Shown in pieces: positions 11,000 through 22,762 of a DNA stretch of 64,000 nt. A program made the translations under genes and the position numbers. The stretch is from Octopus sinensis (lineage: Eukaryota), in the NCBI RefSeq assembly GCF_006345805.1, contig NC_042997.1, positions 75,640,001 to 75,704,000 of the forward strand, in the 5' to 3' direction. Numbering within the stretch: the stretch's first letter is position 1; each line of letters starts with the position of its first letter. The notes below the pieces were generated by a model that saw only the letters and a program-made list of their open reading frames with translations, ran no database searches and had not been told where the DNA came from.

Positions 11000-13190
11000 A
11001 GGTAGAAAATGCTAAAATAATTTTATTATGAAATACATTTTGTAATGGTTAGTATTGCTTTCAGTCTTTTCAACTTTTTCAACTAAGAGTAAAAGAAAGG
11101 TGGATATTAATTAAGAAGAAAAATAATTAAACTGAAGAAAAAATATGTAAGATATTTTCCCTTTTTTCTGTCTTTCTCTTTTCCTTTGTGAAGGCTCAGT
11201 AGGTAGTAGCAGATCTGAAAATATAGTGTTTAGGGGTGAAAATAAATATTTGGTTCTGAAGTTTGATGGTTTAAGCAGCAGCAGCTGAGAAAGGAGACAG
11301 CAAAGAAAGAGGAGGAGAAGAAGAAAAGAGGAAGAAAAAGATGGGAGTGGTATAACCCAGTAGTAGAGGCTGTCCATGGAATCGACTTAACTGGTCAAGT
11401 GACCTGTTGTAGCAGTTGTGGTAGGAACTGTTCTAAATAAATTCATGGGTAGTGACTGTTCTTAACATATCTATCGTTTTTAATATTTGTGTGAGTATTA
11501 TTCTAAGATCCTTATAATAATGTCATCTGCAGTGGAAGCATTCAAAAGAGGTTTATATTTTGCAATAAAATCATATTCTTTGCTAATGTGCTGATTATTG
11601 ATTCATTCTCCCTAAATTTATAGAGGGGAAAAATTCTGAAGTTGGGTTGCTCATCAGTGGTGCAAATGTTGATATGTTCATTTTATGCTATTTTTCTGTA
11701 TTCCCATATTTTCATCTGGGATCTATGTACGGTCCTCCTCTTGTGTAGACTGCTTTTTGTTTGACCAATGTATTGCTCTCAACACCCTGTGCAAGTTAAC
11801 ACATATATCAGGTTTTCCGAAGCACATGTAAAGTTTTTCTCTGTAAAATGTTGACCCTGTTTGAAGGAGAACTCCAATCTCTTAATTAGGTTGATGCACA
11901 TACCACAGTTAGGTCTTCCACATATTTTTACTGTTGGTTTTGATATTGTTGACTGTACTTGGGCTTGGGTTAGAATACTTTTCATTGAGTTGGGTTGTCT
12001 TTTGGTGTGCATTTGAAGAATTTGATTCATTCTATGGTCCCTTTTTAGTAAAGGAATGTTCTGAAGAATGGCATTGAAGACCTCATTGTTTAGTGGGTTG
12101 TATGTGGATATGTATGGTAGAGGTTGTAATTCATTCTTTAGTTTGGGATGTCTGAGTTCATGTACGTAGAGTTGTAGGGCACATTGAAAACCTATATCGA
12201 TTAATGATGGTGGGTAATTCTTGCTGATGAGTGTATCCTTTAGTTCATGTAGCCATGTGTCCCTTGTGCTTGTATTAGTTACTATAGCTGCAAATCCTTT
12301 TGCTAAGCTGAAAGGAATATTCATTCTAATGTGTCTGGTGTGGCATATGAGTTGAATGGTAGATATTGTTTGGAGTCCATGGGCTTATAGTATGTGCCTG
12401 TTTCTATTTTGCTGTTGGATTCCTTAATGAGTATGTTGAGGAATGGAAATTGCTGATGGTTATATTCCATCGTAAACTGAATGTTTATGTCAAGTTCATT
12501 TAAAAGTGCTTGAAATTCTTTGTCTTTCTATACTTTCATGCCAAAGAATGAAGCAGTCATCTAGATATCTCTTCCAGTTATTTTCTATGTAAAGGGAGAA
12601 TGGGTTCCTGTATTTTTCTAGTACCTTGCGATAAAGAGTGATTTCTAGGATCTTAAAATAATACCCATGCAAATATTAAAAATGATAGATTAAGAACAGT
12701 CACTACCCATGAATTTATTTAGAACAGTTCCTACCACTACTGTTACAACCAAAACAGGATACTTGTATGTCACTTCACCACTAAAGTAGATTTCATGGAC
12801 AGACTCTCATCTTTTTATTCTTGGTCTCCTGCTTCTCTTTCCTCTTCTTCTTCTTCCCCTTCTCTTTCTTTGCCTTCTCCTTCCTCAGCTGCTGCTTCTT
12901 AAACCATTGAACTTCTGAATCAAATATCTATTTTCACCCATAAACACTATATTTTCAGATCTGCTACTACCTACTAAGCCTTCACAAAGGAAAAGAGAGA
13001 GAGAGACAGAAAAAAGAGAAAATGTCCTACATATTTGAAGACTATGGAAATAGTTACAATACGTTTCCTTTAATTTAATTGTTTTTCTTCTTAATTAATA
13101 TCCATTTTTGCTTTACTCTTAGATGAAAAAGTCAAAAAGACTGAAAGCAAAATGTATTTCATGATAAAATTATTTAAGCATTTTCTACCT
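11000..13190 (-). mobile_element. Penelope-like element (Neptune-type) 3' half flanked by inverted terminal repeats
   Basis: WKRYLDDCFILW near 12540-12575; CGRPNCGMC linker; NLIYVLTCTGC..YIGQT GIY-YIG motif; 11000-11512 is an inverted copy of 12647-13190. Confidence 0.88.
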
Positions 13191-14220
13191 TTTTCATATA
13201 CATATCAACTCATGTGTTGCTTTTCAACCTTCTACATAGATCACTAGCCACTACACATTCTTTATTTTCACTCCTTGTTCCTTTCTGTGGAAGAGTGTAG
13301 GCTCTTAAAGACTTTTTCACTTCCCATGTTGTCTACACCACCTGTCTTCGTCTTTTGTTTTTTATGAATTCTCCCCCCCCCCCACACACACACATATACT
13401 AGCAGTATAGCCCGGGATTAAGTTAGATTGTTAAGCTAATCAAGCACTTTATTTCAAACCAAACACTGGCGTCAAATTTGAGCAAAATCCGTTGAAATTG
13501 GTAAACGTTTGGCTGAAAATGGGTTGCAGACAATTTGATTGGGAAATCCCATAAGGAGTTGGTTTATCGATTTTTCATCCTGATTGAATGGAAAACCACA
13601 TAAGGAATCAATTTATTGATTTTTCACCCCAAATAGGACTTAACCGAACACAACATTGCAGATTCAAAAAATCTTTATTTATACTTTAAACCCAATTCTG
13701 CAGAATCAGTGCGTTGAGAGTTTGACATGGGTTGAGAGTTTGACCAGCAGAGGTGATCAGGTTGCACATACTGGCCCTTTCGAAACCACCCCCTTCCACC
13801 ATCTAACCCCACTTGGCCCATGGGTTGGGAGCCCTTCCAACAAGGAAAATAGAATGCCCAAAGGGCTCCCAGTCCTCTGTGTCAGAAGAGGTTATGTTCA
13901 GATCACAACTAAACCTTAACCTAGCAAAAGGAGGCTCAAAAGCCTCTGAAAGGCAGGAACTAACCCCGATCTAGACCTAACCTTTTCCTAGGGGTACTGT
14001 CGGTCAAGGCTGCGTCGAAGATATGCATTGGAAAAAGTTGCCTCGGAGATCTGCATTGGAGAAGGTTGCATCAAAGGTTTGCATGCTATTATATATATAT
14101 ATGTATATATATCACCTTGACCAACCAGGCTATCAGATGTTGCTACACATTGCTGGTCACAATGCGCTTCGCATTGTCTTAGCCTTCAAATGACGCCACC
14201 CCGCTGGCCAAGCAAGCAGG

Positions 14221-14266
<46 letters not shown>

Positions 14267-14290
14267 ATATGTCACGTTCTCTACTATATA

Positions 14291-14590
14291 TCATCATCAT
14301 CATCGTTTAACGTCCGTTTTCCGCGCTAGCACGGGTTGGACGGTTTGACCGGGGTCTGGGAAGCCAGGAGGCTGCACCAGGCTCCAGTCTGATCTGGCAG
14401 AGTTTCTACGGCTGGATGCCCTTCCTAACGCCAACCACTCCGCGAGTGTAGTGGGTGCTTTTTACGTGCCACCTGCACAGGTGCCAGGGTGAGTCTGGCA
14501 TCGGTCATGATCGGTTCGAGCTTTTAACGTGCCAGCGGCACGGAAGCCATCCAAGGCGGCGCTGGCATCGGCCACGTTCGGATGGTGCTT
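14291..14590 (-). mobile_element. RTE 3' tail
   Basis: (CAT)n plus family 3' UTR. Confidence 0.88.
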
Positions 14591-14992
14591 TTTGGGGGTG
14601 CAGGTAATATAGGGAAGCACCAGTGGGGAGGGTTGGGGTAAGGAGGAACGATGACAGCTAGGGTTGATGCAGGTTCGTAGGAAATAAAACGTAGGACATC
14701 ACGAGTGGGGGAGGGGACTGGAAGGAGATAGCCGGTTGAGGCAGTGACAGATTCAATAACAGGAGGAAACGTAGGATAGGTGGGGCGGTTGATGAGCTGC
14801 GGTGCTAGCTGCTTGTCTTGGTGGTGGGGGGGGGGGGGGTAATACACAGTGAAAGCATGTGAGGAGGAGGGGTAGGAGGGAGAGACACACATAATGGTGG
14901 TGGGGGAGGGCATATCCAGTGTAGATGGTGTGAACAGTGAGAACAGTGTTCACCGGTATTGGTATTGGTGGTGGGGATGGGAAAGGGTGGGC

Positions 14993-15395
14993 GCACCGCG
15001 AATGGTGAAGATCGAATTAAAGGATTGAAGGTACTTTAGAGAAACGGGCGGGAAATGGCGATGTTTTTTGGGGTAGCATAGAGAAAGAAAAAGGAAAGCA
15101 AAGCACGTTGGTGGTATAAGTTCAAAACATTTAAACGGTAGGCAAATGTATGTATGTATGTATGAAAAAGAAGGGAGAAATCTTAGCTTGCTATAGACAT
15201 CGCTGTGAATCAGAGAAGAAATGATAGGAGTGGGGAGAGAAGGTGCATATAAATAGATTGACCGGAAGTCTGAGTTTGGGGAAGAAGGAAGTTTGGTTGG
15301 GGCTAATAATGGCGATTTTGGGTTTGAAGGCACCGCGAATGGTGATGATCGAATTAAAGGATTGAAGGTACTTTAGAGAAACGGGCGGGAAATGG
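14993..15395. repeat. 336-bp unit with a 67-bp direct terminal repeat
   Basis: GCACCGCGAATGGTGA...GGGAAATGGC at 14993-15059 and 15329-15395. Confidence 0.85.
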
Positions 15396-16572
15396 CATAT
15401 ATATTTAATAACAAACCATATAATTCACAATCTGGAAAAGTTATTTCTGTAAAATGTTCGGAGTGGGTAAAATTTCCTGAGGCTTCCACCCTGTTTTTTG
15501 GACCCCAAAAGGGTTTTGTAGCATATTAGGAGGTCACAGGAATTTATTCTACAAAAAAAATATTCCCAATGATTCAGGGATTAGTGGGGGAGGCCTTGCC
15601 CCACCCCTTTTTCTGAATGAAAATAAGGGATTTGCAGCATATTAGGAGATCAGGGTACTTGATTTCACGCCAAAAAATAAATCAGATTTTTATTGTTTTT
15701 CTTTCGTGAAAATCATATGGGTAAAAAGATCAATGGAGGTGGGGGTGAAATTTCCGAGGCTTCAACCTCACCCTACCCCATTTTTCTGACCCTCAAAAAC
15801 GGTTTTGTAGCATATTGGGAGGACACAGGAAAAAAAATTTCCAATGATTCCGGGATGGGGGTCTCCCTTGCCCTACCCCACTTTTCTCCGAACCAAAATA
15901 AGGGATTTACAGCATATTAGGGGGTCAGGGTACTTGATTCTGTGCAAAAAATTCAAGTTTTCTCTTTTTTCTTTTCGGTTGGGTTTTAATCTAAAAATTT
16001 ACTCTTTGTTTTTCTTTCTCGCCATTGCTAGACAGGTGACTTAAGTCATATTAGCAAACTTACTTTCTCCGATGTGGAAATTGGCAAAAGTTATGGTTGA
16101 AAATTGATTTTTACCACTATCTGCGGGTGCCTTGGGAAAAATAAGTTGACAAAACCTAGCTAGGGTCGTGACATGTTGCATTTTTATTTTTGATGAATGC
16201 TGTACTTACTCTTTCTCCCTCACAAACACACACATCAACACACAACTTCTCTCTCCCTCACACATACACACTTTCACTCCACTATGGCAAGCAGGGGACT
16301 TAACTCATGTAAGCAAACTTCGAAATTGGTAAAAGTTATGGTTGAAAATCGATTTTTACTGCTATCTGCAGGTTCCTTGGAAAAAATAAGTTGACAAAAC
16401 CTAGCTAGGATCATGACAAATGTCCTCCTAAAATTGGAGCAACATGTGTGCTAATTTGTGGATGTGCATAAATTATATTCACGTACACACACACACATCC
16501 TGCCTTTTATAGATTTACATATATATATATAAAATATATAATATATATAATATTATATATAAAATATATAAT

Positions 16573-18000
16573 AAAAGATCCATCAAATGTGATTTGTGCG
16601 TGCTTGAAAAATATTTCATTTTATTCCCAGACAATAAATCAAAGACGCGAACTCTTGAATTCTGCAGGCACGCAGCTAAATTTTAAATGTTGGCTAGCAA
16701 TATACCATATGGATAGTGTATATTTTTGATTCTTGGACTAGTTTTTAATCCCACTGTTGGATTTGTTTCTTATTATACATGATTTATTTCGCATCGCAAA
16801 GTTATTGTATATATTTCGACATATTTCTTAAGAAAAACCTTTGACTGTTATATGCAAATATTACTTTCTTGTTTAAGATTCTGCTTTTATTTTATTTCAT
16901 TTTATTGTATTTTATAAACCCATTTTAATCATTTAATTTATAGATAATTCGATATAGGGTGTTCTTTTATCTGACTTTTATTATTATGCACTCAGCAATT
17001 TTTTTAAATGATGTTGTTTGTATATACACATCAGGTCCTAGTCTTGTTTTTATGTGGATGTTTGTGTTGTTGGCATGCATATGTATTTGTATGTATGTGC
17101 CTATATATATGTGTAAGTAAGCGTGTATATTTATACTTGTGCACATACATACATACATGGATGTACATGTATGCATGTATTCACTTGGATTTGTGTGGAT
17201 GTGTATTTACATACTTATTTCCATCTTTTTATATATGTGTTCTTATATGTGTATTTATTGCTAATATGCACTTTTGTATACACATGTATACGTAATTTTA
17301 TTTTGTGTATGTTCGCTACACATTTTCAGCCTCTTTCTTTCTTTTCCTTTCTTATGGAAAGTATTTCTCCTCCCCTATTTGTTACTTGTATAGAGTCCTC
17401 TAACTTTGTGCGACTCTCCCTCTTCTCTCACTCACTTCTTTCTCTCACTAACTGTTACATATAAGATCCTTCCTTTTTCTTTTTCTTTCCCCCTCTCTAC
17501 GTTTTAAAATTTACTTCTCTTCTATATGTATACACCAAGTGATTTTTGCATGCAAGCATGATTGCGTATATATGTATACATATGTATATGTGTATATATT
17601 TACGTCTTACATATATATGTCTGCATATGTATGTTGTCATTGTATATCCAGCTGTGTATTTTGATGTATATGTGTACATTGATGGTTTAGTATGCGTATA
17701 TACTGTGGTAATTTAAATTTTTAATGTATTATTGTATTAATTGAATTATATTTCATATATAATCATTTGCAATATGCATTTTGAATCCGCTCTTCGATTT
17801 AAGGTTTTTCTTTGATTTTTATAAGAGGATAAATTTATAGTGAATTCATTTATTTTATTTATTTTGTTCATTGCATGCTTTGTCCAACAAATGGGAACGT
17901 GAAACTCTGAGTAACAGCTTTTGTAATATTTCTGCTGCTTTTAAATAAAGCGTATTACTCTACCTCTGGTATTTGAGTACTCTTTTTTTCCACCTTTTTT
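16573..18000 (+). mobile_element. Penelope-like ORF C-terminus plus putative decayed pLTR
   Basis: KRSIKCDLCVLEKYFIL...FCRHAAKF* resembles the PLE GIY-YIG C-terminus; hammerhead relic at 17880-17917. Confidence 0.55.
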
Positions 18001-18504
18001 ATGTGCTTACTCTGGCATGTATATATATATATATAATATATATAATATATATATATATATATATACACATGAGATTAGAGGACAAGAGAGGGAGAGAGTT
18101 GCTAAATGTAAGCATATTTTAAGTTCAGTTTATTAATATAATTTTGATTCCTGGCTGTAGTTTCTCATCTTAGAAAAATGTGATTGAGAAAATTCACATT
18201 TTATTTCATAATTTATTAATATACTAAATGGAATTGTCCATCAAATAAAATATGTATTTTATTTGCCTCTAACATTCTTTTGTTTTGTTACATGTATGTT
18301 CGTTTCTAAAATTTCCAGTCCTTTTTGTCTTTGAAAATGGAAATGGCCTTTGTTATGCTATTCCTTTATTATTGTGCTTTCCTTTCTGAAGCTTAAACTT
18401 TTTTAATTTGCATGATGGCTTTATCTCTTGTTTATTTGTTTATTTTCAACATTTTCAAACAATATCCATGAATGCATTATTTCTTCATTTGTTTGCTGTA
18501 TTAC

Positions 18505-18519
18505 TACTACTACTACTAC

Positions 18520-18577
<58 letters not shown>
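18505..18577. repeat. (CTA)n(TTA)n microsatellite
   Basis: Directly visible. Confidence 0.95.
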
Positions 18578-18579
<2 letters not shown>

Positions 18580-19558
18580 AGTTAACAGAATCATTATCAA
18601 ACCAGATAAAATGATTTTCTTCCTGCTCCTTACATTCTGAGCTCAAATTCTGCTAAAGTCAACTTTGCATTTTCGTCCTTTCAGAGTTAATAAAGCAAAT
18701 ACCATTTGAGCACTGTGCTTCATAGAATCAGCTAGCCTCTCCTCCAAAATTTCAGGCTTTGTGCCTATACTAGAATGAGTTATTATTGTTGTTGTTGTTG
18801 TTATAATATTTCCATTGTTTATAAGACAATTAATGATGATTGTCATAGATGACTATAAGCTAAAGTTGGTAATTTGTTCTATTATTGGTAATGTGGGATG
18901 TCCCTAACCAAAATATTCAGTGAATTTAATGACATCCACTTTGCTGTAAGCAGGTACTACATGAGGATACAGTTCACTATGAGAAACTTCAGTAGTACTC
19001 TATAATTAATGAGGTTTCTGCAAGGAATTATTCTATGTGCCTAAAACATGATAAAAAGTTTTCATTTTGCAAGAGGTGCAAGCATGGCTTTGTGGTTAAA
19101 AAGTAGTTTCAGGTTTAGTCCCACTGTGTTGTATCTTGGATAACTGTTTTTTACCCTAGCCCTCAGATTGACCAATGCTTTGTGAGTGAAATTTAGTGGA
19201 CATAAACCAAAAGGAAGCCCATTCTAAATATATGTATATATACACATGTATGTGTGTTTGTTCCCACATGTCTTTAGATTAATGCTCTTTAAGTAGTAGT
19301 GACTTTTCTTTGCATCCCACTTCAACATGTCCCTCAGCATAGCAGTTCAACATATGAAGACAAGCAGAATAAAGTATCTTACTTAAAAAAAGAGGAAAGG
19401 TATCTGACCATAGAAGACTATGCCAACTTGTGAAAAGCAGACATAAAAACTATGATGATGATGATGAAGGGAGTTGGACAAAGTAATGGGGGCAGAGATA
19501 CTGATGGAAGTTGGCACAACAATGCCTGAACAAATTTTTCTATTACCTTTGCATTTTA

Positions 19559-20841
19559 TTGGGTTGTCAGCAAAGTTCATGCCGATTTATAGTAGCTTAC
19601 CTTTCGACTTATTTTAGGACATAGTTGAGTCCATAAAATAGGATTTTACTACACCTCCATTTAGAGTACAGTTTAAGCTATATTTTTGTGGAAGAAAGTT
19701 TATGTTCCTATAACCTGTGTTAATTCTGTAGTCCTTTAAAATGGAAGATAAGAAAGTTCATTTTCGGCACTTGATGCTTTTCTTTTTCCGTAAAGGGAAA
19801 AATGCCTCACAAGCAACCAAAGAAATATGCACAGTTTACGATGATGTTTCTTTATCCGAAAGAACTGTACAGAAGTGGTTCACAGGTTCTGAGCTGAAGA
19901 TTGTTGCCTTATTGATAAAGAGCAATCAGGCAGACCATCCACTACAGATGATGACCAAATTAAGTCATTAATTGAGAATAACCCACATTGCACAACCCGA
20001 GAATTGGCAGAAAGCCTCAACCTATCAAAATCCATTGTTCATGAGCACCTGGTAAAGCTTGGGTACACAAATTGCTATGATGTTTGGGTACCACATGAGT
20101 TGAGTGAGAAGAACCTTTTGGATCGCATTTCTATCTGTGATTCACTTTATAAACGGAATGAAAACACGCCTTTTTTAAAGCAAATTGTGACAGGTGATGA
20201 GAAATCGATTATCTATCGAAATGTTCAGAGAAAGCGATCCTGGAGTAAGTGACATGAGCCACCCTTAGCCACCCCAAAAGCGAGTCTTCACCCTAAAAAA
20301 GTATTGCTTTGTGTCTGGTGGGATTGGAAAGGAATTCTGTACTATAAGCTTCTCCCAAGTAACCAGACAATTAATTCTGAGAAATACTGCACACAACTGG
20401 ATGAGTTAAAAGCAGCAATTCAAGAGAAACGTCCAAAATTGGCCAACAGGAAGGGTGTTGTTTTCCAACATGATAATGCAAGACTGCACATTTCTTTGGG
20501 AACCAGACAAAAATTGCTGCAGTTCAGCTGGGATGTGTTACCCCACCCTCCACATTCACCAGATATTGCTCCTTTAGATTTCCACATATTCAGGTCTCTG
20601 CAGAATAGTCTTAATGGTAAAAGTTTCAATTCCTTTGATGACATAAAAAGATACCTTAATGAATTCTTTGCCATGAAACCACCGCAATTCTGGGAAGAGG
20701 GTATTTTCAAGTTACAGGAAAGATGGAGACACATTGTGCAACAAAATGGTTCATGTTTGGTTGACTAAAGATGTAATGGCAAGTATTTATTGACCTTTTT
20801 CTTTCCTTTAAAAATCGGCACAAACTTTCCGGACAACCCAA
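19559..20841 (+). mobile_element. Mariner DD34D transposon (mellifera-like), pseudogenised
   Basis: About 30-bp TIRs (TTGGGTTGTC...GCCGATTT) flanked by TA; 1283 bp; VTGDEK, HDNARLH and SPDIAPLD give 34-residue spacing; frameshift near 19890 and stop at 20250. Confidence 0.95.
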
Positions 20842-21958
20842 TAGTTTTCAGCCATTTAAGTATATTACTTGACATTTCATCTCTGTGTGATCAAGCCTGT
20901 TAATTTATGGAACTGACCAATGGAATTCAGCCTGTCTTCTGACCATGTCCACAAGAAGTTAACTGATCACTTGAAACTAAAAAAATACTTCTAATTTTGT
21001 CAGTTGCATTGTTGTTTAATGTAGCAGCTTCCTAATATTTGTTTTCCAGTTAGGTGGGCTTGGTCATTTGGGAGTAAAATCTCTTGGTTAAAGAGACATC
21101 ACCGTGCTGAAGATAGAGCATATACCACTTTCATTAGTTGCCTGGTGCCTTATCAACCATCTACAAATATGCAATAATAAACTACCTATGAGATAAGATT
21201 GTTGAGCTACAAAAGACAATTCTTTCACTGTAATTGAAAAAATGTAATTATTGTAAATTGGTTTGAAAATTAAAGATTTTGTAGTTGTAAAGAGCCTGTA
21301 ATTGTTTTATTAAATTTAAGAGCAAAAGAAGTAATACACTTATATGCACCCTTACAATAGGGTGGCATATGAGGTAATTTTAATGTGATTTGAAAGAAAA
21401 GTGATCAAATATTTCTCAAATGGAAGCTTATTGATTTTTTGTTGATTAAATGTTTGATGAAAATGTGTAAATACGAGTAGATAACCAAAACAAAATGCAA
21501 GATTCTTACCTAAAATTACCTTAGAGATATCAGTGTAGTTGTGAAATTTTCCCCCTCCTTTATGGTGCTGGAGTAAAATGATCTCCTGTGTAATTGTCAT
21601 CAAATAAAATGTAAATTTTGAGATTGTAATAACTTTACTCTTTCCAAATGAAAGAAACCATATGTTAATTTCATAGCATGTGACATGCTATGGCCAAAAA
21701 TAACGAGTTAATAACAAGGAGTTAATATATTCTCAAGTATGAAGAGTGAGAATAGTGTATAATAAACTTAGTCTGGATTAATATTGATGTTAAAGATTAC
21801 TAATTGTATAAAGAATATATTTGACTTCACTTAGTTTCTCTGTCATTTATATTCTGAGAAGATATTTTTTTCTTAATATCAGTCAGAATTAACACTAATA
21901 TCAGATCATTGACACAATTTCATTTTTATTACTTTAAATCGTTTTCTTATATTTACAG

Positions 21959-22003
21959 TTGATACTTTTGATACATCAGAAAGCTTGGAAGATCTAAAGC
22001 CAA
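21959..22003 (+). CDS. CARMIL: 45-nt phase-1/phase-1 exon, putative CARMIL-like
   Basis: Polypyrimidine tract TTTACAG acceptor and GTAAAT donor; encodes xDTFDTSESLEDLKP; frame-compatible with the exon at 50048; assignment rests on phase only. Confidence 0.5.
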
Positions 22004-22499
22004 GTAAATATTCAGTTCTTTTTATTATTCTTTTCCAGTACTGTATTTACTTTAAAATATTTTATCATAGTTTGAAGTTCTTCATGTCAACTTTGCATTT
22101 TATTCCTCCAGGGTTTGATTCTGTCATTGCTATAAATACAGTGTGAAATAAAGCAAATTGCTAAAAGCTGTGAAAATGTTACTTTTTATCATTTAATGTG
22201 ATGCAATGTGTTCTCCTGGTGTTCCATAGTGGTTAAGCATCCAATTGCATTTGGAACAAACATAATGGGGAAACGAACATAGGGAACAAATGATATAATC
22301 TGGTTGTTATCATAATTTCTCCTACATATTCTCTATATTATAACCTGTAATACTAGTAAATGTAATTGTAACCCAAGCACTATTTCAGAAGCAGAGTAGA
22401 TGATGATAATCTACGTGAAGCTTTAAACTCAATAATAGCAGTCATACATCTAGCTGTACACTCAAGATATACTAAATATATGTATAAACATATGTATGT

Positions 22500-22532
<33 letters not shown>

Positions 22533-22762
22533 ATTAAGGGATTAGCAAAAAGTTGCTTCACTACATACCAAAAATTTAGAAAGAGCAGTCAAAACTGCTA
22601 ATTCTTCTACTACAATATATCTCTACAGACAGCAATAATAATTGTAACTCACATAGGTAAAAAGAAGAAAAAAATAATGGAACTAACCAGAATTAGCAGT
22701 TTTGACTGCTATTTCTAAATTTTTCGGTATGTGGTGAAGCAACTTTTTGCTAATCCCTAATT

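Larger units (their letters stand above)
13399..16513 (-). mobile_element. Non-autonomous Helitron-like element with nested inserts
   Basis: Minus strand begins A|TCTATAAAAGGCAGG and ends GC-rich...CTGCTAG|T, like the copy at 38687-39070; internal duplication at about 16020-16190 and 16290-16430; linking the two ends is inferred. Confidence 0.55.
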
